DNA of 64,000 nt, taken from positions 14,948,770-15,012,769 of the forward strand of contig CM119271.1 of assembly GCA_051294375.1 (NCBI GenBank), read 5' to 3'. A program made the translations under genes and the position numbers. This DNA is from Paraspadella gotoi. Taxonomy: Eukaryota; Animalia; Chaetognatha. A model generated the notes under the pieces. It did no database searches and was not told the origin of the DNA. It saw only the letters and a list, made by a program, of their open reading frames with translations. Shown one piece after another: positions 34,917 to 47,052 of this stretch. Position 1 is the stretch's first letter. Every line of letters starts with the position of its first letter.

Positions 34917-36475
34917 ATGTCCTCCACTTCACCCCTTTTCGCCGTCGCCTCTTTTTTCCTCTTCCTCTTCCTCCTCCCTCTTTCCTCATCCCGTCATCGT
35001 CCCTCACCTCGTCATCGTTCGTCCCTCGACGTTTGTCAAGATCCTTTCAGCGTCGAGTGCGGCGAGAGCACCGGCGTCTGCGCCATCTTCGTTCGCTTCA
35101 CCGACGACTCCGTCCCGGCATGCGGCGCCCAGGTCAACGAATCCGCCTGGCCCATGAAGCCCCCGCCGCAGGTCAACATTTCCGGCAAAGGCTGCTGCTC
35201 CGCCGGCGACGGCAAGCTCGGGCTCATCTTGGTCGACGCCGACGAACCCAGTTGCGGACATCCTAAAGTCCATTACAAGCTTTACTGGCTTGTATTGGAC
35301 TTTCAGGGGAGTCGGTGGTGGCGAACGCTTATTCATTTAAAATAAAATGTTGAGTTAAAACTAATTAGTTACATTAGTTCGAGCACGAGCTCCTCCCAAC
35401 CCAAAGGACTCGGGTTCACGCCCTGCTGATTCAAGTAAAAGCGGGACGGGGCGTCTAACCCACCTGTAGTGACGGACTAAAGCCCGATCCGAAGTTCGGG
35501 ACCTTGTGTGCAACGGACGGTGAACTGCGCGCGGCATCGTCTTCCACAATATACTGTACATATCGTTGATGTTTAGTCAAATAACGAGGGTAAATAATAA
35601 GTGAAGGCAAGTATTTGGTTGACAATAGTTTTATTAACGACGGAAAATGATAAAGGCGATGACAAAGGTAATGACCACACGATGACAAAGGTTACGACAA
35701 AGATTAAATGAAGAAGAGTTTTTTTGAGTTTGGATGTTGAGGACTGAGGAGAGTGCCTTGAGAGATCCCTCGGCAATCTCGGCCGTCGACCCCTTAGTCT
35801 CTCTGTCGGTCTTTGGTCAGTCTAAGGTTGAAGTAAGGTTTGTGATTCGTCGGCTTTAAACCACCAAAGCCTGTCCAAATTCAGGGGCAAGATAGCTTGT
35901 TTATTAAATGATGGATAGTTTTCATATTGGTTGTAGTTTTTAGTTTTTTTCTCGGCTAATTTTCATTTTTTAAAAATTATTTATAATGTTTTTATAGTCG
36001 TTATTTAGCTAGTTAGTTAGTTATTAGTTATATTTCGCGAACGCCGCCTCCCCTCCCCCTCAAGTGCGACGAAGGCCTCGCGATCAACACGACCGGCGCG
36101 GAAGTCATCGAGGATTATTCGCCGCCCAAGATCAACTCGACGGGTCAGCCGACCGACAAGCCCCAGTACCACCGCTTCCAGTTCTTTTTCTTCAAGTACT
36201 CGTCCTTCGAGAACCCGCTCACCTCGGCCACCGTCGACAATCTCATGCGCAACAGAACCACTTTCTTCCTCTCCTTCGCCAACTACCTCAGCGGGATGGT
36301 CATTAAGGGAAGGACCGAGTTTCACACCAAAAACGAGGAGGGGGGCAGCGGGAGTGGAGGCACCGGAGGTGGTGGCACCGGGGGTGGTGGGGGATTTATG
36401 GCGGAGATGCCCGTTAAGAAGAGGGAGGAGGATGAGGATAAATATTGGTGGAGGAAAGAGTGGAGGAAAGGGTAG
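34917..36475 (+). CDS. Secreted phosphatidylethanolamine-binding protein (PEBP) family member, paralogue A (exons 34917-~35306, 36065-36475)
   Basis: Hydrophobic signal peptide; LILVDADEP (cf. DPDAP); YWLV; EDYSPP; YHRFQFFFF (cf. GxHRYxFxxY). Clearly aligns with paralogue B. Confidence 0.75.
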
Positions 36476-36740
36476 GAAGAGGATAGAGGCAGAAGAAAGG
36501 AAGTCTTAAACTTAACCAAAGATTCATACGTGCGGCGCGAATTTGTTTATCAAGCTCTTTTTTTTTTTTCGTTACCAATCATCAGAGAATCGTTATATTA
36601 TTTAAATTTTAGGGTACAACTTTACAATGTACCGTTGTTAAAATTATTCATTTTGATTTATATTATTCGAAACCCGTTGTTTTTCGAAAATATAGGCATC
36701 CTTTTTTTTTATTACTAGTTAACTCATTCGAAGAGTAAAA

Positions 36741-38111
36741 ATGACTTATCTCCTCGTTACCAGCGTCTCTCTCTTTCTCTCCTTCATCCCTTCCTCCCTC
36801 TCCATTTCCCATGTCTGCGAGAAGGACGGTCTCGGAGTCTGCGATGCCTTCGGCGATGTCTTCAACATGGCCAAGATCTGCAGCCTCTCTGTTAAAATCG
36901 GCGACGCGACGCCGAAATGCGGGGACGACGTGGCCGAGGACAAATGGCCCCAGAAAGATCCGCCGGAGATCACCGTCTCCGGTGACGGGTGCTGCCACGG
37001 GAACGGGAAGTTCGGCCTGCTGATGACAGATCCCGATGCGCCCAATTGCAAAATTGAGGGCGCTAAGTATTGGCTCCATTTCTTGGCGCTGGGACTTGAT
37101 TGCGAGGAGTCGAAAGTCCTCGATTTGTCGGGAGGACAAACTTTAAAGAGTAAGGGAACTAAAGTGATGGACAACAAACAATTATCATTTTCTTATATCT
37201 ACTTTTTGTGGGGAATTTGAAATTTATATTTTCATATATTTATATTTAAAATTAGCCTATTTTTTAATTAAAATTATTTATAATTATAAATAACTAGGTC
37301 CCAAAAATAAAGAGAATTTGATAATAAACTTACTAATATAAACTTGGTCTTTATTTTCATATTTAATAGCTAAACATAAATTTTATGAAATTTTAATAAT
37401 TTCATTTTAAAATACCCAAAAGTAGGTATTATGGCAACAGCCGGGTTGCCTGTGATGCCCATTGGGATGGGGCATCTCACTGTTGGCTTTGGGGGCTTCC
37501 GACCCTCAGTAACGCCTCCAGTCACTGGCGCGGTTACCCTAGGACGGTCTCGCTTTGCCAACGCAGAGGGAAGTCGTTAGGACTGTGGATAGAACACTAC
37601 ACCTGGGATGGTGTGTTCTGGATTTGGCTGAAGGATGGTGGACGTGAGGCAGTGTGAATATACCGCCACAGTATACCATTTTATTAGTATTTTATGTACT
37701 TTAAAAATTTTATTTGTGAAAAGAAAGATGGAATTTTACAAAAAAATGGTCATCACCATTAAACTCTTCAGACTTTATCACAGTAAAAAAAAAATGAACG
37801 AAATTTGTTATCTAATATTTTGTTATCTTTAAATGGTCTACCCCCTACTCGTAGGCTATCGACCGCCGACACCGCCCGCACCCAACGATCCGTCAACGAT
37901 GCCCGCCTACCACCGCTACCAGTTCTTTTTCTTCGCCTACAGCGAGCCCAAGAAAGGAATGAGCGGAGACCTCGTCAAGAAGATCATGGCGGAGACAGAT
38001 GACCGTTCCAAGTTGATCAAGAGGTTCAGCTTGCTCTTCAAGGGTTTCCAGATACGAGGAGTCACCGAGTTTCACACAAAACAGGACCGTCGTCGTCTCG
38101 ATGTTGTTTAA
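36741..38111 (+). CDS. Secreted PEBP family member, paralogue B (exons 36741-~37149, ~37855-38111)
   Basis: Signal peptide; GLLMTDPDAP; YWLHFL; YRPPTPP; YHRYQFFFFAY; shares a Cys pattern and C-terminal TEFHTK with paralogue A. Confidence 0.82.
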
Positions 38112-38548
38112 CGAGGCGGCGCTTCCTTGAAATCTCGGATTTGAAACCTTAATTACTGATTAAATATTCAAAAAATATAAATCTGTGTTAATCTGTGATA
38201 ACAGTGATATGTGGTGATTCGGAAGACGAGTTACTCTCGCTTATTTTTATCTTTTTATACTTTTTCCCAATCACCTATTTGTTAATTGTATATGAGATTG
38301 GGAGTCGATGAATATTTATTTACTCTTTTTTAAAAAATAGTTGTAGCGTGCAAAGTTAGCTTAACCGCATTTTGGAATAAACTTCAAACTCGATTTAACA
38401 TCCAGCGGGGTGTCTGTTTTATTTATTCCTGTTATTTATTTTTTTTAGAAATAACGTAAAACGTCGTTAAATCAATGAACAATGTCAATAGGATATAAAT
38501 TAGTATCGTAATGCGATAAAAATAAGACCCAACCTCTCTGCCGTGACA

Positions 38549-41500
38549 ATGTTATCGGACACGCTTCCCTTTGCTCGGAGGTGCTCCACCCCGGACTCCC
38601 CTTCCTCCTCCCGCTGCTCCACCTACTCCGCCTATCGATCCTTTAGAGGCTCCCACTTTCGCAGCTTTTACGTTCTGCTCCTCTTCCTACTTTGCGCCGC
38701 TTTGATTCTCTGCCTTTCGTTGGGAATCTTGATTCACGGATGGCAGCGACGGCCTCGTCCAGTCTTTCATCCAAGGAAGAGGTTGGTAGAAGTCAATGGG
38801 GTTGATAATAACATAGCAGGGTCTCGCTATGTTATTATTGTATGTAGTATAAAATTTCAAAGAATGTTTCAATTGCATAAACGGACCACGTCCTTATCTC
38901 ATTTAGAATCATTGTCACAAATTCGTTTATTAGCTTAAACCATAAAAAAATTATATCTTCACCATGACTCGCTCGCTTTTTTCCGAGAGAAAATTTATCG
39001 AATCATTTCTTTCGATGGAGAAAATTTATCGAATCATTTCGTTTTCACCCCCCCCCCATTTCTTTCCCCTCACCTCAGCTTCGACTCCACCCCTACTATC
39101 TTCCTCCCCCCACCTCCCCACCCTACCACAACTGCTTCGACGTGTACCGGTGCGGACGCGATGACCGTCACCGAATCAAAGTCTACGTCTATCCGCTCTT
39201 CAACTACGTGGACGCGGAGGGGAAGCCGGTCACGCCCACTCCGATGTCGAGGGAATATCACGAGATGTTGTCGGCCATTTATTACTCGGATTTTATTACT
39301 AAGAATCCGGGTAAATACGAATTTTTATATCGATTTTGGGTTGTGGCACCTGGGCAGTCTTGTCTGGGAGGAGTTTTTCTAGGAATATTTCCGTCAAGAG
39401 AAATGAGAATTGAACAAAAAATCATACATTCTTTAATAACTTGTGACTAAATGAGTTCCATCCCTGGATCCAGACGAGGCTTGCGTCTTCATTCCCTCCA
39501 TCGACCTTCTCAACGAAGCCCGAGTCTCCGGCCCCGAAGTCGGTCGCGTCCTCGCCTCCCTCCCCTTTTGGAACAACGGGTCAAATCATCTCCTCTTTAA
39601 TCTCTTACCCACTCTGCGTCCAGAGGTGGAGAGCTTTCCCGACTTCCCCATCGGCAAGGCCATGGTCGCCGGTGAGACGAGAGAGAGAGAGAGAGAGATA
39701 TATTAAAAGCTGAATAACAACCCACATCCCTTCCCCAGGCGGGAGCTTCTCCACTTGGTCGATCCGCCGCGACTTTGACGTGAGTCTGCCGATCTTCAAC
39801 CCGCTCGTCCGCGACTACACCGACGCTCGTCGCGAATCTGGAGGGAGGAAGAGGAGGAGCAAGAAGTGGCTCGCCGCCTCAGCTCAGATCAATATCCACG
39901 CCGAGTTTAGAGAGACGTTGACGAGTCTGGCGCAGGTATTGTGAAACTTAAAGCGTTAAATGTAAAATAGTAGATAAAACCAATAATAATTATAACAGGA
40001 AATGTAATAATTCTAAAACTTGAATAGCTATTTAAAATGGTAGTAAGGCAAATCAATCAGGTTGTCCGTGACAAAAAAAAAGTCAGGTTTTTTCCCCTTA
40101 AAGGACCACGCCGACTTTCTCCTTCTCGACCGCTGCGACGCCGGGGGCGACTCGTCCACCTTCAACGCTTCACTGCGCTGCGTCGACGGCGGCGGCGGCC
40201 GGCGCTTTTCTTACCCGCGCGTGCTCGAGGATGCGACGTTCTGTCTCGTCCTCCGCGGGTCGCGTCTCGGCCAAGCGGCGCTCGTAGACTCAATGGGCGC
40301 CGGCTGCATTCCCGTCGTCTTGATAGATCACTATGTTTTGCCTTTCGAGGAGGTCGTCGACTGGGGGAAGGCGGCCATAAGGCTCTACGAGAGTGAGTCT
40401 TTAATTCGGATTTGAGTTTCTCGGTTGTAGGATATTGTGTTTTCATTAGGGAACTATAATTATGTAGTGGCTGTCCTAAACTTAGGGCTAATGTTTGAGT
40501 TACGTTGGAAATTCAACATTACTTTGTATTTTAAAGATATGAGACCAGTTAGTTGATTTTATTTTTGTAGCTCATGTTTATTACCTCAAATCCTCAATAT
40601 ATAAATGATATTAAAAAAATATTTTTAAATCATAGCCTATTACATAGGAATTTCGCCGGATTGATGTTCAATTGGTTTCGTAGTCATCCAATGAATTATT
40701 TCTCCGTCAAGGCGAGCTCCCCAACCTCCTGGACATTCTCCACGACGTATCGTCGGAAAGAATCTCCTCCATGCAGAATCAAGTCTCTTTTCTCTGGAAT
40801 CGATACCTCGGATCTCCCGCCGCCGCCGTCCTCGCCGCTCTGCAGATCGTCAACGATCGAGTGTTCCCCTTCGTGGCTCGATCCCGCCTCGAGTGGAACC
40901 ACCCTTCTCCCTTCCCCGCCTTCTTCCCACTCTCTCGCGCCCCCAAGCGTCAAGGCTTCACCGCGGTCATTCTCACTTTCGACCGGACGGCGGGACTGTT
41001 CAAGTTGGTCCAGCGAATCGCCCACACCGACTCCTTGGCCAAGATCGTCGTCATTTGGAACAATCAGGTTTTTTTTGGGGGGGGGGTTAGGAAGAGGGGG
41101 AGACAGTGGACCCGGGTTTGTCGTTGATAATCAATCTGTCTGTCCACTTTCCTTTTAGAATAAACGACCCCCTCCCTCGGAGGAATGGCCGAAACTTACC
41201 AAACCGCTCGTGGTGAGAGAGACGAGGGAAAACCTACTCGGCAATCGATTTTATCCTTACGAAGGTAAGTTTATTTTTAATCCTTAATTTTAAAAAAATG
41301 TTAACTCAATTTAAACTTTGTTTAAATCCTCCACACAGATATCGAAACGGAGGCCGTCCTCGCCCTCGACGACGATATCAACATGCTGACCTCGGACGAA
41401 CTGGAGTTCGCTTATCAAGTGTGGTCCGAACATCCCGATCGCCTCGTCGGATTTCCCGCGCGACTCCACGCCTGGGACGACAACACCACCGCCTGGCGAT

Positions 41501-42080
41501 ACGAGTCGGAATGGATGAACGAAATTTCTATGGTGCTCACAGGTAAATGGATATTTTGAAAGAATCATTAATAACTAGTAATAGAATTGGATGTGTTAAA
41601 CGGACATGAAGTAATTTTTTTGTGTATTTTTAGGCGCAGCTTTTTACCACAAATACTTCTCTTACCTCTATACAACGGCGATGCCTGCCGAGATCAGAAG
41701 CTGGGTAAGCTTTGTTTCGGTACAATATTAACAATTGATTAACCAATAACCATGCGATATTCATGACGTTTTTCGGACATCAGGTCGACGACCACATGAA
41801 CTGCGAAGACATCGCCATGAATTTCCTCGTCGCCAACTACACTGGCAAAGCCCCCATCAAAGTTACGCCCCGTAAAAAGTTCAAGTGTCCCAACTGCCCC
41901 GTCAACAGCCTAAGCTACGCCACGGAGCACATGGTGGAGCGATCGCGCTGCGTGGACCACTTCGCCCGCGTCTACGGAAGGATGCCGCTCAAGACGGTCG
42001 AGTTCCGCGTCGATCCCGCGCTTTTCATGGACACCGTCCCCGCGGGGATGAAGAAGTTCGCCGGGATCGGGAGCCTTTGA
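38549..42080 (+). CDS. EXT2: Exostosin-2 heparan-sulfate polymerase, multi-exon
   Basis: Type II TM anchor; CFDVYRCG; [12 protein letters not shown]; [17 protein letters not shown]...[21 protein letters not shown]; [11 protein letters not shown]; [17 protein letters not shown]; [18 protein letters not shown]; [30 protein letters not shown]. Confidence 0.96.
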
Positions 42081-42428
42081 GAGAGAGAGAGAGAGAAAGA
42101 AAGAAATATACTCTTCGAAGTATTTCCCCTTTTTTCCCCAATTCCCCGTTTTTCTCGCGTTTTTTACGTTTTGTGTTTTCGATTAAACCACCGCCTGAAA
42201 TTTCTCTAGTGTTCGAATTTTTATTTTATTGTTGTTGACTAATGTTTTTATCATTTTTTGTTTTCAAAGCTGAACATTAAATTTGGAATAAACGAAGTAA
42301 AAACTGCAAACTACGCGTTCTCTTTCCCATTGCGCCGTTGGTGATAGTTACGAAAAAAACTAAACCGAAAGGCTAATCGCCCCCCCCCCCAACAAAAAAA
42401 TAACCAAACCATCATAAGGATAAAGATA

Positions 42429-43345
42429 ATGTTCAAGCCGAAGGTCCTGCTGATGGGACCGGCGAAGGTCGGCAAGACGACGCTGGCCAATTTCCTCGCC
42501 GACGCCACCGAAAACATCGGAGCCGAATATCGACCCACGAAGGTTCGATCGGTTCGTCGATTAAATATTTAATTAGTTAATTATTATTAATTGATATTTT
42601 TTTGATTCTTAATTCAAGGGAGTTCGCATAGTAGAGTTCGAGTCGAGCAACGTGGACGTCAAGGGTCGACCCGTCGGCGCCGAAGTTGAACTCTGGGATT
42701 GCGGCGCCACCGGGAACGCCGAATCCTGCTGGCCCATCTTCGCCAAGGACGCCAACGGAATCGTCTTCGTTTTCAATCAGGTTGAAAAATGGGATTAGTA
42801 AGGTTTTTTTAATCTCATTTGCATATTGTAGCCGTTCATTTTATTATAAAAATTGTAAAATTAGTACTTGGTTTCGCAATTTAAAGTTTTAGATTTTAAA
42901 AGGAATTCAGGCCCGCCCCAGACACGACGCCTTCCAAAGCGACGTCGGAGGCGGCGGCGCAGGAGAAGCTCCTCGAGAAGCTCTACAACAACTTCGTGCG
43001 ACAGGAGGGCGTCCGCGACTCCCAGTGCCTCGTCGTCAATCAAGTCAAACCCGTCAAGGACGACGACGACGACGTCGACGCCGCTTTCGGAAAATCAAGC
43101 GCCAAGCACGAGGTTAGCGCGCGAGGATTTGACGAGAGCGTTAAGAGCATTACCAACTCCCTCGTCTCGAATCCTCCAAGGTGATGCTCCCGGATCGGAT
43201 GCGCGGGATTCCTTTCGTGGACGCGCGGTTGGATGCGGACGCGGAGACGGTGAAGACAGAGTTCAACGCGTTCCTCGCTCGCGTTTTACTCGTAATGTCG
43301 GAGAATCGGGAGCGAGAAGAGCAGAACATTATCGATCGAAGATGA
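42429..43345 (+). CDS. IFT22: Intraflagellar transport protein 22 (RABL5), 4 exons
   Basis: MFKPKVLLMGPAKVGKTTLANFLADATENIGAEYRPTK|GVRIVEFE...VELWDCG...ESCWP; C-terminal MSENREREEQNII. Confidence 0.92.
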
Positions 43346-43371
43346 AAACGGCGCCATCTTTAAATCAGTCC

Positions 43372-43425
43372 AGGATTTATTACCAAGATCTAGGATTTAT
43401 TACCAAGATCTAGGATTTATTATCA
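43372..43425. repeat. 20-bp tandem repeat (AGGATTTATTACCAAGATCT), ~2.6 copies, in the IFT22 3' region
   Basis: caggatttat taccaagatc taggatttat taccaagatc taggatttat tatc. Confidence 0.85.
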
Positions 43426-43693
43426 ACCCAGTCACGGCATTTCGATGTTTTAGCGAAAGAAGAAGATTACTGTATTCCAAGTGACCTTTTTTTAATCAAA
43501 CGATTCCGTCCAGGATTTTATTAATCTATTTTTTGATTAAAAAAAAAACCTTTTTGCACTGTAGTTAGCACATTATTTACTTTGTTTGTATTTATTTATT
43601 CAAGTCCTTTTTTTAAGTTTTAACGATGATATCTGACCATCTGACCAGTGGTCAAGTGACCACACATTGAGAGATCCCTTTTTCCTTTCCACA

Positions 43694-45183
43694 ATGGAGG
43701 CAAAATCCATGGCGCTCGATCGTTTACCTTGGAAGAATGAAGTCATTTCCCAACTTCTTTACTTCTTCGAATTTTATCAAGGAGTGGAGGGATATTTGCC
43801 GCCGAGCGGTTTTGCGGCCATGGTGGCCTCGGCCGTTGGCTACATTTGGACCCAAGCCGGAATTCCCTGTCTCGATCATCAAAATATTTTATCGCGGATT
43901 AAAGGACTCGTCTCTCGCATCGTCGAAGCCGCCCTTCCGCTTTGTCCAGGAGTGGCACCGGACAAATTGACCAGTTTGCACAATGTCTTCCGCGCCCTCG
44001 ACCCTGATGCGCGTTGCCGTATCTCATCCCTCGTTGGCCTCAATGATTTGTTCGACGTCTTGGATGTCGATGATAACGCGACCGAATCCAAAACCAATTT
44101 TTATGAAGATCAAAAAAGCGAAAGAAAACTTTCGATAGTATTTTTAAAAGATCGATTGTGCTATAAGGGCGACGACGTGTATTTTACGCGACTAAAAGAT
44201 ATTTATCGAAAACATTGGTTGCTTCAATTTCCGAAGATGGAGCATTATCATTATCCTCAGGATCATCTTCCCACAGAAATGGATGTGCTTAGATTCGTGA
44301 AAAGCAGACTTTCATTCAGGTTTGTCTATTTTATACATACATACATACATATATTTTTGTAATTGTTTGGTCTTTCATAATGTAAGCATAATGTCATTTC
44401 AGGAAAAATTCCCATTCAATGGGCCTCGGATCCATTCCGACCAAAGAAGTCGTTGCTCACGAAGCCTACTTGGGGGTGAAAAACATCTGGGAACGGAAGA
44501 GGTTGCCCGTCGCAATTACCGTTCATAGCGCCGGTCAGCGTCGCGTCCTCTGTTTATTCGAGCAGCTTAATATAAGAACGGGATACACGTTGAGAGATAT
44601 TCATAGCAAGGGTCTCGGTCTACCTCATGTCCGACACCTTCGAACTTGGGAAAACAAAGCCTACGAAGACTTTTGGTTCGACGGGTATCAAAGAGAAGTT
44701 TTCAGTCTTTTATCCGAACCGAAAATATGGAATCCCAAAACGAATTCGAGACGAAAACTTAAACGGAAAATTGGGAAGATCAGTCTCTCAGAAATCGAGT
44801 CCATTTCTATGAAAAGTTCGCGACTTCGCACGGAGGATTTCGAGGAGTTCCTCTCCGGAACTTCGCCGGTAGATGAGGAAGAGTGGAAGGAACGGCCGAG
44901 TCGAACGGAGGAAGATCCCAGCGACGCTCGTTGTGATACTTTTGGCTTTGAGTTTGACAAGGACGATCGAGAGATCGTTAAATGTCAGAGTTTAAGTCCC
45001 AGTCTCAATCCCAGTACAAAATCTGAAACGACGGGACGCGGACCCAATCAGATAACAAATTTCACGCCTCGACTCAAACAAACTTGTCTGCCCCAATGCA
45101 GGGTTTTTATCGACTCGTTCCAGTTGCCGCTGATTAGAAGGAGGATTTGGTTAACATCAAAACATTTTGATTTGGTGTATTAA
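43694..45183 (+). CDS. Unknown protein family, tandem paralogue 1 (exons 43694-44319, 44403-45183)
   Basis: MEAKSMALDRLPWKNEVISQLLYF...YIWTQAGIPC...LNDLFDV...FYEDQKSERK...HLPTEMDVLRF...R|KNSHS; aligns end to end with paralogues 2 and 3, with the same phase-2 intron. Confidence 0.8.
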
Positions 45184-45473
45184 TGTCTTAATGCCATTTC
45201 GAAAATCTGACGTTCTGTCTGCCTGTCAGGAACATGCCCCCTAACATGCCGACCTCAAACTTCATACATGATGGGAGATTCCTCCATGAATTTGGGCGTT
45301 AGAAAAAGTACGGCATCACAGTTCACAACGCATGACCTTAAATTCCGATTTTAGCGGTTGTGGTTGTTGTTTAGACCGTTAAATGATTATACTTCCGAAA
45401 GGAAATAACAATATGCTTTTGTTAAATTTCCTCACAATTAAATTTTCCTAGATTTCAACTCGTTTCCGAAATC

Positions 45474-46972
45474 ATGGAACGAGAAGCCATGCGCTTGGAT
45501 CGGTTGCCATGGAAACGCGAGGTCGTATCCCAACTCCTCTTCTTCGTCGATTACGACAAAAACGTTGATCGAATCGGTTTATCTCATCAATTCGTTTCCA
45601 TGGTCGCCGAGGCCGTCGCTTACGTTTGGACGGAAGCGGGAATTCCTTGCCGAAGTCGAAAAGAGATTCGGACTTTGATCAACGGACTCTTGGATTCCGT
45701 CGTCGACGCTTTTGATCGAAATTCCATCGAAGATGATCGATCTCTGGAGAGAAAATCCAAGCGAAGCTTTCGGAAACCCAGCCAAGTCTTGTCGATTCTC
45801 GAATCCCTCAATCCGCGGGAGGTTTTGACGTTGAACGCGTTGAACGAACTCTTCGATGTCGCCGACGTCGAGGCCGTCCAATTCGATCGCAAATTTTACG
45901 AGGATCAAAAATTGAAAAGAAAGATGACGATCGCTCACCTCGCTGGGCGTAGGTGTTATCAAGGAGACGACATTTACTTCACTCCGACTAACCAATGGGC
46001 CTTCAAATCTCGTTTGTTCCAGAGGTTGGGGTGTCACGAGCCTTTTTTCTTGCCCGAGGATCGTCTGCCCACGAAATTGGATCTCTTGAAATTCTTTTAC
46101 AGCAGGATGTACTGGAGGTTCGTATATTTTAGATTGGGATCTTCGATTAAAATCATTTTAGTAAAACACAATTGCGTAATTTTTTTTTTTGATCCAGAAA
46201 AAACTCCCATTCGACGGGCCAAGGGGAAACGCGTACTAACGTCGCGCTCCGTCACGACGCCACCTCCGCCGCGCTCTCCGCGTGGAAGAAACGTCAACTG
46301 CCGACGATATCGTTGAAACTCGGTCGAGAGCGATTGCAGCGCCTTCTCGACTGGGATCGGAATAAAAGGAAAAACGGGGAAATGTCGGAGATTCACCGTC
46401 GCGGTCTCTCGCTCGACACCAGACGATATCGGTGGGAGAACCAAGCCTACGAATCTCTCTATCTCGATGCCTTCGAGAGAGAAGTCTTCAACCTGTTCCC
46501 AAATTCCTCCTCCGTTCCCGAATGTCTCCCCAAACGGGTCGCCCCGCCGCCCAAGGGAGAAATAAAAAACTCGGACGTCGCGTCTTTGAAGATCAAAGCC
46601 TCGAGACTGCGGACGGTCGACTTGGAGGAGTTCATCTCGAAAGCGCGGAGAGTTGAGGAGGAAGAGTGGCGGAGGGAAGACGTGGAGACGGGAGGCGAGT
46701 TGGTGGTGAGATTCGACGAGCCGTTGCTGCGCGAAGTCGGGGAGGAAGAGGAGGATCAAGATTCGTCGGTGGCAGACGATGAAAATTGTAAAACTATGGA
46801 TTCGTCGACGCAGACGATGCCAGTTGATGTCGACCAAAGTAAAATGTCTGTCGATGTCATGACTCAGACCCTCTCAATTGCATCGTCCGTCGCCGCGACG
46901 CAAACCCAAGCGTTCGACTCTGTGAAAATTGAACGGCCTGATTGCTTCGTTGATTTTCACGGTTCTCTCTGA
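45474..46972 (+). CDS. Unknown protein family, tandem paralogue 2 (intron ~46118-46197)
   Basis: MEREAMRLDRLPWKREVVSQLLFF...YVWTEAGIPC...LNELFDV...FYEDQKLKRK...RLPTKLDLLKF...R|KNSHS...WENQAYE...VEEEEWR. Confidence 0.8.
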
Positions 46973-47052
46973 CTTTTTAGGATTAGGCAAGACTATACTT
47001 AAAAATCGGCAGACTTTAAAATAAAATGGTTTTAACGAACAAATAAAATACA

